Source: Candidatus Bathyarchaeota archaeon (lineage in GTDB: Archaea; Thermoproteota; Bathyarchaeia; 40CM-2-53-6). From it: 64,000 bases of DNA. How positions within the stretch are numbered: position 1 is the stretch's first letter; the number at the start of each line of letters is the position of its first letter. Location of the stretch: positions 672,001 through 736,000 of the forward strand of contig CAVTBR010000003.1 of NCBI GenBank assembly GCA_963733055.1, read 5' to 3'. Below the pieces are notes generated by a model. The model saw nothing but the letters and a program-made list of their open reading frames with translations, was not told the DNA's origin and made no database searches. Of the stretch, positions 39,773 to 49,359 are shown piece after piece. Position numbers and translations under genes: made by a program.

Positions 39773-40408
39773 CTATTGGTCAGCCCATGCAGGAATGCAG
39801 TGGAACGGGCATTTGGAGCTGAATTCAGGTATTGGGTTTGCCCGAACGAATTCTCTGCCTTTCTTGAACGCCAGATAATTCAGGCCGATTAGCTCTTCTT
39901 TCTTCCCAGACATGAAGTACTTGATCGATTCCTTGGTCCGGTCGTCGTCAATTTCTGGTGCACACAGGCCGATGAAGGCGCCAAACATCACTGCATTTGC
40001 GAATATTTTGGTATCGTTGATTCCTTTTGATTGGATCTCGCCCTTCAGTTGGTCGGCCATTTCTGTGGCGGGTATACCCAGGCTCTTTACATCGTCTCGA
40101 TCTACTCCGGTTTCTACAAGCGATGAATTGTACAGGACTAGCCCGTTGGGACGGAGGTAGTTTAGAAATTCCATTGAAGGTTGATTCATGATTAACTCAA
40201 TATCAGGCTCTTCTACGATTGGGTTGTCGACTTCTTCATCTGAGATTACAACGTAGCATTTTGCTTTGCCACCGCGTGTTTCCGGTCCATATGATGGGGT
40301 ATATGCAACGTGTTTTCCTTCCAGCATTGCGGCGTAGGCGATGTAGTCGCTCAGCAGTAGGACGCCCTGGCCACCGTGGCCTGCTACAAGCATCTTAGTC
40401 TTGGTCAT
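39773..40408 (-). CDS. 2-oxoacid:ferredoxin oxidoreductase gamma subunit
   Basis: AGHGGQGVL, PSYGPETRGG, ANAVMFGA. Confidence 0.92.
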   Translation of the reverse strand: MTKTKMLVAGHGGQGVLLLSDYIAYAAMLEGKHVAYTPSYGPETRGGKAKCYVVISDEEVDNPIVEEPDIELIMNQPSMEFLNYLRPNGLVLYNSSLVETGVDRDDVKSLGIPATEMADQLKGEIQSKGINDTKIFANAVMFGAFIGLCAPEIDDDRTKESIKYFMSGKKEELIGLNYLAFKKGREFVRANPIPEFSSKCPFHCIPAWADQ

Positions 40409-41205
40409 TCTTTCTCAACTCCAAAGCTGTCTTTGTATAACCCCAACGGGAATTTCTTCACCATCTGTTCGTAAACAAAACGCTTAGCGTCAAGCACCGG
40501 CATCTTCCAGTTGATGGCGCATGTGCTCAGGAGCTCCACGAATGCGAACCCTCCGAGGGCTTGAACTTTGAATGCGTTCTCCACGGATTTCTTTGCATCG
40601 AGCAGGTTCTTTATCGTGTACACTTTGCCCCTTTGGCTAGAAATCTCTTGAACCGCCAGGCTCACCCGTTTGACGTATGAGGCGCCATCCATTCCCGCAA
40701 CGAGCTTTGACGCGTCCAGCTCTGTTCCAGTTAGATGGGCGTCTCTGCCGAACGGCGTTGTGCTTGTAACCTGGCCTTCCAGGGTTGTGGGCGCCATTTG
40801 CCCTCCGGTCATCCCATAAATTGCGTTGTTCACAAGGAATATCGTAATCGGTGTCCCTCTCTTTGCCGCGTAGACAAGTTCTAAAAGCCCGATCGAGGCC
40901 GCGTCCCCATCACCCTGAACCGTAAAAACCGTCAACTCAGGCCGTACATGTTTCAAACCCGCGGCCACTGCCGGCGCCCTCCCGTGTGCCGAGACTACAT
41001 GATCGAAGTTGAGGTAGTTGTAGGCGAGAACACTGCAACCGACCGAGTCGATCATCACGGTTTTCTCACGTACACCTAAATCGTCAATCGCCGCAGCTAT
41101 CAGCCTCGTAAGCGTGCCGTGTTCGCAGCCTGCACAGTAATGCGTCGGGGTATCGGTTAACGACTTCAGTTTTCCAACTTTAACTCGGAGCGCTAGTTGG
41201 CTCAT
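40405..41205 (-). CDS. 2-oxoacid:ferredoxin oxidoreductase beta (TPP-binding) subunit, VOR-type
   Basis: HYCAGCEHG, VGCS, HGRA, QGDGD...NNAIYGMTGGQ. Confidence 0.93.
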   Translation of the reverse strand: MSQLALRVKVGKLKSLTDTPTHYCAGCEHGTLTRLIAAAIDDLGVREKTVMIDSVGCSVLAYNYLNFDHVVSAHGRAPAVAAGLKHVRPELTVFTVQGDGDAASIGLLELVYAAKRGTPITIFLVNNAIYGMTGGQMAPTTLEGQVTSTTPFGRDAHLTGTELDASKLVAGMDGASYVKRVSLAVQEISSQRGKVYTIKNLLDAKKSVENAFKVQALGGFAFVELLSTCAINWKMPVLDAKRFVYEQMVKKFPLGLYKDSFGVEKE

Positions 41206-42278
41206 ACCGCGACCACCTCCAACCTCCTTAGTTTGCTCTCTATCTCTGCTTCAGTCGGTACGAGACCTCCCCATTTTCCTAGAAAATCAACAGTAACATC
41301 GCTGCCAACCGCGAGCTTCACATCCTCAATCATTTGTCCTGTATTCAGCTCGACGACTAGGAATCGTTTACCTTCTGACGCAAGTTTCTTGAGTTGTAAT
41401 TTGGGAAATGGCCACAGGGTTATCGGCCGGAAGAGTCCGACTCTCATCCCTTTGGAGCGCAGCTTGTTAACTACGCCTTTCGCTATTCGGGAGACGATTC
41501 CGAAGGCCACGATGACCGTCTCGGCGTCTTCAGTTCGGTATTCTTCGAACATGACATCGTTTGCTTCGGCGTTTCTGTATTTCTCGAAGATTCTTCCAAT
41601 GTGTTTGAAGTGCTTCTGCTGGTCGAGTTCTAGCGAATTGAGAATGTGAGGCGCTCTATCCTTTGCGCCCGTGGTTGCCCAGGATGACACGTCATACTGT
41701 TCGGGCGTGAATTCCGGGAATTCTACATCTTCCTTAAGCTGTCCAGTAAATGCATCGCTGAGGATTAGGACTGGGTTTCTGTACTTGAAAGCCAGATCGA
41801 ACCCGACTCTCGGCAGGATAGCCATTTCCTGGACCGTTGCGGGTGCAAGAACGAGTAGGTGGTAGGTCCCGTGACCACCACCCTTGGTTGACTGGAAATA
41901 GTCACTCTGTTCCGGGCCGAGGTTTCCTAACCCCGGTCCCGCTCTGCATATGTCAGCTACTAAGAATGGGAGTTCCATGCATGCTGCATATGAGAGACCT
42001 TCCTGCTTCAAACTGAAACCTGGGCTCGATGTCGCGGTCATTGCCCGGGCACCGCCTGAGGCGGCGCCGATTACCATGTTAATTGCTTCGAGTTCGCTTG
42101 CGGCCTGGAGGAAGAATTTGTACTCTGGATACTTGTTGCCGCCAAATTCTTTCGCCAGTGTTTCCGGGATTTCGCTTGAGGGCGTGATCGGATACCCGAA
42201 GTAGGCGTTGAGTCCTGCTTCCAATGCGCCGTATGCGAGGGCTTCGTTTCCTTTCAAGTAAACTCGTTTCTTGGCCAT
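41202..42278 (-). CDS. 2-oxoacid:ferredoxin oxidoreductase alpha subunit, VOR (ketoisovalerate)-type
   Basis: KGNEA, GYPITP, TSSPGFSLKQE, RAGPGLG, KGGGHG, RPITLWPFP. Confidence 0.93.
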   Translation of the reverse strand: MAKKRVYLKGNEALAYGALEAGLNAYFGYPITPSSEIPETLAKEFGGNKYPEYKFFLQAASELEAINMVIGAASGGARAMTATSSPGFSLKQEGLSYAACMELPFLVADICRAGPGLGNLGPEQSDYFQSTKGGGHGTYHLLVLAPATVQEMAILPRVGFDLAFKYRNPVLILSDAFTGQLKEDVEFPEFTPEQYDVSSWATTGAKDRAPHILNSLELDQQKHFKHIGRIFEKYRNAEANDVMFEEYRTEDAETVIVAFGIVSRIAKGVVNKLRSKGMRVGLFRPITLWPFPKLQLKKLASEGKRFLVVELNTGQMIEDVKLAVGSDVTVDFLGKWGGLVPTEAEIESKLRRLEVVAV

Positions 42279-42530
42279 CTATGCTTTCACCTGGATTTCG
42301 CTGATGGCAAAGTCTGGGCAGACCCAGTAGCAGATTGCGCAACCGGTGCACTCTCCCCTTGTTCCCCGATAAGAGAACTCGACTGGGTGGAAGCCAGCAT
42401 GGTTCAGCTTTGTTGAAAATTTCAAGTTACCTTGTGGGCATGTAACGACACAGAGCTCGCACGCTTTGCATCGCTCTTCAAGAATCTTAACGTCGGCTCT
42501 AGGTTGAAGCACGGTTGTTACCTGGCTCAA
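42279..42530 (-). CDS. 2x[4Fe-4S] ferredoxin (delta subunit)
   Basis: CKACELCVVTCP and CTGCAICYWVCP. Confidence 0.92.
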   Translation of the reverse strand: MSQVTTVLQPRADVKILEERCKACELCVVTCPQGNLKFSTKLNHAGFHPVEFSYRGTRGECTGCAICYWVCPDFAISEIQVKA

Positions 42531-42946
42531 ACTTCTAAAACCTCTTTCTTCTCGACAAAACTCTCCAAGAGGTAACGCAGCATGGCGTAATGTTGTTCCT
42601 CATCCAACGCTAACATTGTCAGCAGGGTCTTCAGGTGCGGATCCCGAACCTGAGATGAGGCGGACGTGAACAGTCGCAAGGCCTTCTCCTCCATGTCCAT
42701 GAGCTCAAGAATATCCTTCCGAGTTTCACCAATTGGGGCGAGTGCTTCCCATTTGTCGCTCGCTAGGTAGCTGAGGGCGCAGCGGATGACGTCCGCGTGC
42801 TGCATCGAGTCCCGCATCAATTTGGCGTAGAGAAGTTTTGCAACACTGTGTTTGGTTTCTCTTACCTTTCGGGCGTAGACTTCGGTCTCGTGTTCTTCAT
42901 GATCGAGCTGACCTTTTAGCAAGTCCCCGAGTTTTTGGTTCAGCAT
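42527..42946 (-). CDS. Ferritin-like (rubrerythrin-type four-helix) protein
   Basis: DSMQH and DEEQH helix motifs; coupled to the ferredoxin gene. Confidence 0.75.
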   Translation of the reverse strand: MLNQKLGDLLKGQLDHEEHETEVYARKVRETKHSVAKLLYAKLMRDSMQHADVIRCALSYLASDKWEALAPIGETRKDILELMDMEEKALRLFTSASSQVRDPHLKTLLTMLALDEEQHYAMLRYLLESFVEKKEVLEV

Positions 42947-43135
42947 AATCCCGACCACGAGAAAATGGCGGGGTAATTACAATTAGAAGTTCTGCTGCTA
43001 TTCTATATATTATACTGAGACGTCCGTGGACATAGCTGAATACATCACAGGGTTCCTGCAGGAGATATGCGAACCAAAAAGCATCCCCATTTCTAAACCT
43101 CCTATCCGCTTCAGTAACTCGGAAGACATACTGAA

Positions 43136-44350
43136 CTATCGTGAAGGCGGCGCTCGAGGGTCCTTAAGCATTAGCGCCACCAGTAATGTCAGTGCGGCAG
43201 GTATCATGGCGTTCAACGCAACAGCTCTTCCTACTCCTATGACGAAAAGAGATGCCGTGATTATTGGCGAAATGACGGTGGCCACTGACTGGGATGTCGT
43301 CGTGAGCCCGAGGGCGGTCCCGGTCCTGCCCTTGCAGGTATCAACCATTAGCGCTTGCATAATTGGGAAGATTGCGCCGCTGAAGAAGCCCATCATAATG
43401 GCAACCAACAGATCAAGGATCAGATTTGAGGTTGCGAAAAAAAGCGCATACGACAATATCACGGCAAGGGAAATTGAAGCCAACAATCTGTTCCTACGCC
43501 AAAGATCCGACGCTCCACCTAGGACAAGTTTACCGATTCCTCCCGAAATGAAAACTACTGCCGCGAAGAGGGCGGAGGACAATATCCCAAAATGCATGAC
43601 TTTAAAGAAATAGTAGGGCAAAAACACCACTTGCCAAACGGAAGCCCAGGTCGCCAAAAGCGCAAAGGCCATCATGAGAATTACGTTCCTTTGTCTGAGA
43701 AGCTTCAAGGCGTCGCTGCCCAGTCTTATCCGTGCAGAATCATTACCAGACGAGGAAAATTTGCTTTTCAGCCCGACTACACCAGCGATTACTAAGAGAC
43801 CTAGCGACGGCGCAGCGAAGAAGGCAGTTCGCCAGCTTCCTGAAAGAGCGTAGGCGAGGCCTCCCAATGAGAGACCGGCAACGCTTCCCGCATCAAAACC
43901 AATATAGAATATGCCCAAAGCCAGTCCCTTGCGCTCCTTGAAATATGATGCAACCGCAGCCATAGCAACGGGCCAGAAGATTCCCTCACCGAAGCCGCTC
44001 ACGAGGCGAAAGACAAACGCTTCGAAGAAACTCGACGCCAGTCCTATCAGCCCTGTGAACAGCGTGAACACCACTAGACCGACGATCAAGACGGACCTTC
44101 TTCCATACCTGTCCGACAGGTGACCTGCAAGGAAAACGAAACACAGAACACCAATGTATTGAGCTGAACCGAGGAGACCGATTCCGTAGTTCGTCAACTG
44201 AAGATCCGGAATCATCAGCGCCAACACGGACGCGAGGACAGTTCGGTCAGCGGCGTAAACGGCGTAACCGACGGTCATGATCAGTAGGAATAGAATTGAG
44301 GACCAGCGGTAGTTGAGCCATTTGGCTCGAAAGGCGAGTATTCGAGACAA
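43136..44350 (-). CDS. MFS transporter
   Basis: GHLSDRYGRR motif A, FRLVSGFGEG, about 12 TM; start TTG 44350. Confidence 0.92.
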   Translation of the reverse strand: MSRILAFRAKWLNYRWSSILFLLIMTVGYAVYAADRTVLASVLALMIPDLQLTNYGIGLLGSAQYIGVLCFVFLAGHLSDRYGRRSVLIVGLVVFTLFTGLIGLASSFFEAFVFRLVSGFGEGIFWPVAMAAVASYFKERKGLALGIFYIGFDAGSVAGLSLGGLAYALSGSWRTAFFAAPSLGLLVIAGVVGLKSKFSSSGNDSARIRLGSDALKLLRQRNVILMMAFALLATWASVWQVVFLPYYFFKVMHFGILSSALFAAVVFISGGIGKLVLGGASDLWRRNRLLASISLAVILSYALFFATSNLILDLLVAIMMGFFSGAIFPIMQALMVDTCKGRTGTALGLTTTSQSVATVISPIITASLFVIGVGRAVALNAMIPAALTLLVALMLKDPRAPPSR

Positions 44351-44369
44351 ATCGGCTGCTCTCTTTTGC

Positions 44370-45155
44370 CTAGGTTGGAACGGGTATGGCATTTGCCATA
44401 GCCATATCCGATAGGGTGTACTTTCTGAGGTTCGCAACCTGGGTTGGCGTTAGGATCGTACATGCGAAACCCCAATGAAACGAAATCCAGTCTCCCTTCT
44501 TCGCTCCAGCTACGAAACTCTTCCCCTGAACTTGCGCAAGAACCTTCGTCATCGTCGGCTTTCCCAAATTCAATACGCCGTTTACCCGCTGCAAAGGCTC
44601 ATAATCGACAACCAGATTACCGCTCTCATCCGCCTCCAGAACTCTCCCCCATGAGATACGGCATTTGTCCATCAAGCCCCCAACCGCCTCGTCCTTCCCC
44701 GCACCGCTCGCGAGGGCTTCGGGAGCAGTCCCCATTGTGGAGAATGAGTTGAACACGTGAAGGGCGTGGTGAGGAAATGGAGCGAAAGTTTTGGTTTCAA
44801 AGAATTTCTTGATATGTTCTTTGGGGAATTTTGACTTGAATCTGGCTGCGAGATGGTCGTAGAAGTCTCCGGGGGAGATCTTCTGAAGATAATCGTTGCC
44901 GATCCAATACGCCTCCGCGGCCCTGTAATCTAGGGGATCCTGGGCTCCGAGTGATTCGGCTATGAATCGGATGTATGGGTAAGCGGCTTTGAAGCCCCTG
45001 AGGGCGTCGATCAGTTGCTCGTTGCGCGTGTTGCTCAGGCAGGAATCGAATAATACGTCATTTTCGTCTGGGCCGCAGTAGCCAAGACGATTGGGCATGA
45101 AGCTGTGCCGCGCCGCCAGAATTGCGCCATCCATCAGATTGGGTCTCGTCTGCAA
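44370..45155 (-). CDS. DUF6390-like protein
   Basis: ARHSFMPNRLGYCGP, EAYWIGN, PHHALHVF, DKCRISWG, GDWISFHWGFAC; family recognised from memory. Confidence 0.7.
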   Translation of the reverse strand: MQTRPNLMDGAILAARHSFMPNRLGYCGPDENDVLFDSCLSNTRNEQLIDALRGFKAAYPYIRFIAESLGAQDPLDYRAAEAYWIGNDYLQKISPGDFYDHLAARFKSKFPKEHIKKFFETKTFAPFPHHALHVFNSFSTMGTAPEALASGAGKDEAVGGLMDKCRISWGRVLEADESGNLVVDYEPLQRVNGVLNLGKPTMTKVLAQVQGKSFVAGAKKGDWISFHWGFACTILTPTQVANLRKYTLSDMAMANAIPVPT

Positions 45156-45160
45156 ATCTG

Positions 45161-45394
45161 CTATGACTCCTCCGAGTCAATACCCCGAATCATCTTCCAC
45201 AAATCCAAGGTCTCCAATGCCTCTTTCTTGGAGAGCACCTTGATGGCAAAACCACCTTGCACGAGAACGTAACTGCCGAGATTCGGCTTTACAAGAGAGA
45301 CGTTGACATTGTCTCTGATTCCATCCTGGCCATAGTCCACTGAGGCAAATTCCCCAGTTATCGCCACTACTTTTCCAGGATAAGTGAGGCACAA
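45161..45394 (-). CDS. hypC: HypC/HupF-family chaperone (His replaced by Gln)
   Basis: TTG 45394 gives MCLTYPGKVV; GSYVLVQGGFAI. Confidence 0.82.
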   Translation of the reverse strand: MCLTYPGKVVAITGEFASVDYGQDGIRDNVNVSLVKPNLGSYVLVQGGFAIKVLSKKEALETLDLWKMIRGIDSEES

Positions 45395-45555
45395 GGCCAA
45401 CCGCTGATGGAAAAATCTGTAGGCGACCTATATGTCTGTAATGCCAATTCCCAAAGGTGAATTCGGTAGCCGTTGTCACAAGGCTTCTGATTGTGAGAAT
45501 TCAATAGGTACTTTCTTAACCCGTAGCTCTCAGAGCAACAACAGATGGAAATGCC

Positions 45556-46245
45556 TTGGCAAAACCAGTCGAAGTAGTGACCTCCGCAGAAGGGGAGGTT
45601 TTCGATGTGGAACTCGAAGTCAGCATACTCAGAGAAAATGATCGATTAGCGAAAGAGAACCGGAGCAGATTGGATGCGAAGGGGGTTCACGCGGTAGATG
45701 TTATGGGCTCCGTTGGTTCGGGTAAAACTTCCCTGATTAAGTCGATGATTTCCCGACTCAAGAAAGACCTACGAATTGCCGTCATTGAGGGCGATGTCAC
45801 GACCACGATTGACTCGGACATTATCTCCTCAGAAGGTATACCCACGGTTCAAGTCAACACGGGTAAAGAATGCCACCTTGATGCGAACCTTATTCGAAAA
45901 GCGTTGAATAAAATCCCCCTTGATACGCTTGACTTGATCTTCATTGAGAACGTTGGAAATCTCATCTGCCCGGCTGAGTTTCCGTTGGGGTCGGACAGGC
46001 GGCTAGTGGTCATTAGTGTAACTGAGGGCCCCTACATGGTCCTTAAACATCCGATGATGTTCCGGGACGCAGCAGTGGTTGCGATCAACAAGATCGACGT
46101 TGCGGCAGCTATGGGCGTCGACCCAGACAAACTCAGCTCTGATGTCGCTCACATCAACCCTCGAGCGGCCACGGTTCACACAAGCTGCAGGAACGGGACG
46201 GGCATTGCTGAGGTTATTGAGAAGCTTGGGCTGAAGAATAGGTAG
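45556..46245 (+). CDS. hypB: Nickel-insertion GTPase HypB
   Basis: GSVGSGKT, TGKECHLDA, ENVGNLICPAEF, KHP, NKID. Confidence 0.95.
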   Translation: MAKPVEVVTSAEGEVFDVELEVSILRENDRLAKENRSRLDAKGVHAVDVMGSVGSGKTSLIKSMISRLKKDLRIAVIEGDVTTTIDSDIISSEGIPTVQVNTGKECHLDANLIRKALNKIPLDTLDLIFIENVGNLICPAEFPLGSDRRLVVISVTEGPYMVLKHPMMFRDAAVVAINKIDVAAAMGVDPDKLSSDVAHINPRAATVHTSCRNGTGIAEVIEKLGLKNR

Positions 46246-46257
46246 AGGGTGCTTCAC

Positions 46258-46665
46258 GTGCATGAGCTTGCGATTGCAACTTCACTGACTGAGGCACTTT
46301 TAGAACTGGTCAAGGAACGCTCTGCAAGTAAGGTCTTGGAGGTTCAGCTAAAGGTTGGGAAGCTTCGGGTTCTATCGATCGAGCAACTGAAGTTCTCCTA
46401 TGAGATACTGTCCAAAGGCACGGCATTAGAAGGATCGACCTTGAATGTTGAAGAGACGCCGGGATTTGCGAGATGCACAAACTGTAACTATGCTGAAAAA
46501 CTTGAAACTGACGATCTCTCATTCCACTTTAGCTTACCACAAATGACCTGCCCTCGATGTGGGGTGAATTTGATCCTAGAAGGGGGAGATGAATGCCTCA
46601 TAACGAGAGTTCGCATGGTAGCTCCATCAGCCAGCTCTGTGATGTCGATGAATGGGCACGACTAG
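46258..46665 (+). CDS. hypA: Nickel metallochaperone HypA
   Basis: GTG 46258 gives the MHE Ni site; CTNC...CPRC Zn site; GGDEC. Confidence 0.93.
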   Translation: MHELAIATSLTEALLELVKERSASKVLEVQLKVGKLRVLSIEQLKFSYEILSKGTALEGSTLNVEETPGFARCTNCNYAEKLETDDLSFHFSLPQMTCPRCGVNLILEGGDECLITRVRMVAPSASSVMSMNGHD

Positions 46666-46787
46666 TCGAACAAGTATTCGACAATGCAGATAGTTCTCTA
46701 TATAGAATCACGGCGAAATATATAACAGCGCAGGAGGACGACCCTCCACAAGAATGACGAGCCAGAAATAACTACAATGAAGCTTGA

Positions 46788-47891
46788 GTGAAGGATTTGG
46801 AAATCAGAAAGGTACAACGTGTCGGCCACTCAACCCTAACGGTTTCCTTGCCCCGGGATTGGGTAAGGCAAGTTGGTCTCAGACGGGGCGGTGTCGTTAC
46901 ACTTCGACTTTCCGAGTTCGGAGAGTTAGTCGTCACTCCAGGCAGCGAGATGGAGTCCGACGAAATGACCGTTTGCAAGATCAATGCCGACGCTTGCAAG
47001 GACAGCGAACTTCTCGCCAGAATGATTACAGGCAACTACATCCTGGGACGCGACACGACCATCATTTCCTCCACTACGGATCTAACTGCTGAACAAATCA
47101 ACGCCATCCGCAACTCAACAAGACGCCTAAGCGGATTAGGTATCGTCGAACAGACTCCTAAGGAGACAGTAATCCAATGCTTCCTCGACCCGTCAAAGTT
47201 CCCCATCACAGGCCTCCTCTCACGACTTCACAAGGTCGCCGTTTCAATGCTGGAGACAGCACTACAAGCATTGATGGAACGCAAGTTCTCCCTCGCGCTA
47301 GAGGTTCTGGAGCTTGAAAACGAAGCAGACAGATTATATTGGCTGATACTACGCCAGATCTTCCGCGCGATCTCAAGGATTCCATTGTCACGACATGTCG
47401 GTATTGAGTCCGCCACACATGCCGTCGGTTACAGAGCTGTCTCAAAATACCTAGAGGAGACAGCCGACTGCAGCGAGTCAATGGCCAACCACATATTAAC
47501 CATCGCTGAAGAGAGATACACTGAATATGTTTCAATTATTGATGCAGTGTGTAAGTTCGGAGTCGAAACACTTGCGACCTCGAATGGTGCGATGAACTCC
47601 TTCAGCCTGTTGGATGTAGAACTCGCAAATCGTACCATTGAACAATCCAAGAGACTAGAAGAGGAACAGAAGAAACTCATTGACCTGGTTATCTCATCCG
47701 TGCAGGATCGGAAGCTCTGCCTTGTGCTCAGAGGAATAGTTTGGGACCTCGCTCGAATCTCCCACCTATCACAAATGGTCTCTGAAGTAGCTTTGAACCG
47801 ATATCTTGAAAGCAACACTGAAGTCTCTCAATTCTGGAAAGAGCGCAAGAGCGGGGGAGACATTCAATACCTGAAGAAGATAGCAACCTAA
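46788..47891 (+). CDS. AbrB-PhoU regulator family protein (paralog 2)
   Basis: RKVQRVGHSTLTVSLPRDWV; ENEADRLYWL; aligns with 36725-37789. Confidence 0.9.
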   Translation: MKDLEIRKVQRVGHSTLTVSLPRDWVRQVGLRRGGVVTLRLSEFGELVVTPGSEMESDEMTVCKINADACKDSELLARMITGNYILGRDTTIISSTTDLTAEQINAIRNSTRRLSGLGIVEQTPKETVIQCFLDPSKFPITGLLSRLHKVAVSMLETALQALMERKFSLALEVLELENEADRLYWLILRQIFRAISRIPLSRHVGIESATHAVGYRAVSKYLEETADCSESMANHILTIAEERYTEYVSIIDAVCKFGVETLATSNGAMNSFSLLDVELANRTIEQSKRLEEEQKKLIDLVISSVQDRKLCLVLRGIVWDLARISHLSQMVSEVALNRYLESNTEVSQFWKERKSGGDIQYLKKIAT

Positions 47892-49345
47892 ACTCGTTTT
47901 TTGACCCAAAATCATTAGCAGTCATCGGCGCCTCCGCAACCCCGAGCAGAATAGGGTATGCAATTGCGGAGAACATGGTCACAAACCGAAACAGGGGCAT
48001 CTTCAAAGGCCATGTCCACCTAGTCAACCCAAAGCATCATGAGATCATAGGCGAGAAATGCTATCCCACCCTATCAGCGGTACCTGACAAGGTTGAAACA
48101 ATTGTAGTTGCCATTCCCGCTCCCGGTGTGCCTGCAGCAATTGAGGAAGCGGGACAATGCGGCGCCAAAGCAGCGATCGTAATATCCTCAGGATTCGCGG
48201 AGGTCGGATATAGAGACCTAGAAGAGGAACTCGTGAAGGCGGCAAGGAAATACGATTTGCGAGTAATAGGCCCGAACTGCCTCGGAATATACGACGCATA
48301 CACGGGAATGGATACCCTCTTCCTCCCGGAACACAAGTTCCTCTCTGACGGCCGCGAAGTCGTCGCCACTCCTCGCCCAAGACGAGGGTCGGTCTCGTTT
48401 CTCACCCAAAGCGGAGCTTTCGGAGCGGCGGCTCTGGATTACATGGCCGGACATGCCATGGGAATTAGAGGGTTCGTGAGTTATGGAAACAGATGTGACG
48501 TAACCGAAGATGAACTTCTTGCCTACTTCGGGAATGACGCTCAAACGAAAGCGATTCTAATGTATGTTGAAGGGCTCGCGCGTGCAAGAGATTTTCTCTT
48601 CACAGCTAAGGAGACATCGAAAAAGAAACCTATCGTAGCCCTGAAAGCAGGAAAGACCGAAGCGGGCACAAGAGCAACGGCGTCTCACACCGCCGCTCTC
48701 GCCGGGATGGACCAGATTTACGACGGCGCGTTCAAGCAAGCCGGGATTATTCGAGTACGAAATGTTGAGGAGCTTTTCGACTTCGGCCGCACGTTGGCTC
48801 TACAACCCCCAACCTACACGAAAAACATGGCAGTCATAACGAACGCCGGCGGGCCTGGGATAATCGCGACCGACGCCTTAGAAGAATCGGGACTCATCGT
48901 GCAGAAATTCCCGGAACGCATCATGGCAAAATTCTCTGAGTACAAAGAGAAGAAGCTACTCCTCTCAGTTCAATCAGGTTTCAACCCAATCGATCTCTCA
49001 GCAGAAGCCACGAGCGATATGTTCGCCTTAGTAGTATCGACTATTCTGGAAGATCCGGAAATTGGAGGACTAGTAGCCATATGCCTACACCACGCACCAA
49101 CCATACTCGACGACGTGCCCGAGAAACTTGCGAAGATAATCCCGAAATATGGAAAACCTGTAATGGTGTGCGACATGGGGGCGACGGAAATGGCGCAAAC
49201 GATGAGAATGTCGTTTGAGAAACATGGCCTTCCGGCATACTCGGTACCGGAAAGAGCCGCACGCACGCTCTGGGCTCTTAGCTACTATGGAACTTATTTG
49301 TTGGAGCATGGTGTCGTAGGGAAACGAGAAGAGATTACCGCTTAG
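47867..49345 (+). CDS. acdA: ADP-forming acyl-CoA synthetase alpha subunit (start uncertain; first ATG at 47975)
   Basis: FFDPKSLAVIGAS upstream of the ATG, IGPNCLG, TQSGA, SHTAALAG, TNAGGPG, NPIDL. Confidence 0.92.
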   Translation: MPEEDSNLNSFFDPKSLAVIGASATPSRIGYAIAENMVTNRNRGIFKGHVHLVNPKHHEIIGEKCYPTLSAVPDKVETIVVAIPAPGVPAAIEEAGQCGAKAAIVISSGFAEVGYRDLEEELVKAARKYDLRVIGPNCLGIYDAYTGMDTLFLPEHKFLSDGREVVATPRPRRGSVSFLTQSGAFGAAALDYMAGHAMGIRGFVSYGNRCDVTEDELLAYFGNDAQTKAILMYVEGLARARDFLFTAKETSKKKPIVALKAGKTEAGTRATASHTAALAGMDQIYDGAFKQAGIIRVRNVEELFDFGRTLALQPPTYTKNMAVITNAGGPGIIATDALEESGLIVQKFPERIMAKFSEYKEKKLLLSVQSGFNPIDLSAEATSDMFALVVSTILEDPEIGGLVAICLHHAPTILDDVPEKLAKIIPKYGKPVMVCDMGATEMAQTMRMSFEKHGLPAYSVPERAARTLWALSYYGTYLLEHGVVGKREEITA

Positions 49346-49359
49346 GAAGATTCACCCTC

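Noticed and set aside
43026-43613. 195-aa plus-strand ORF
   Set aside because: Antisense shadow of the MFS gene, with no motif
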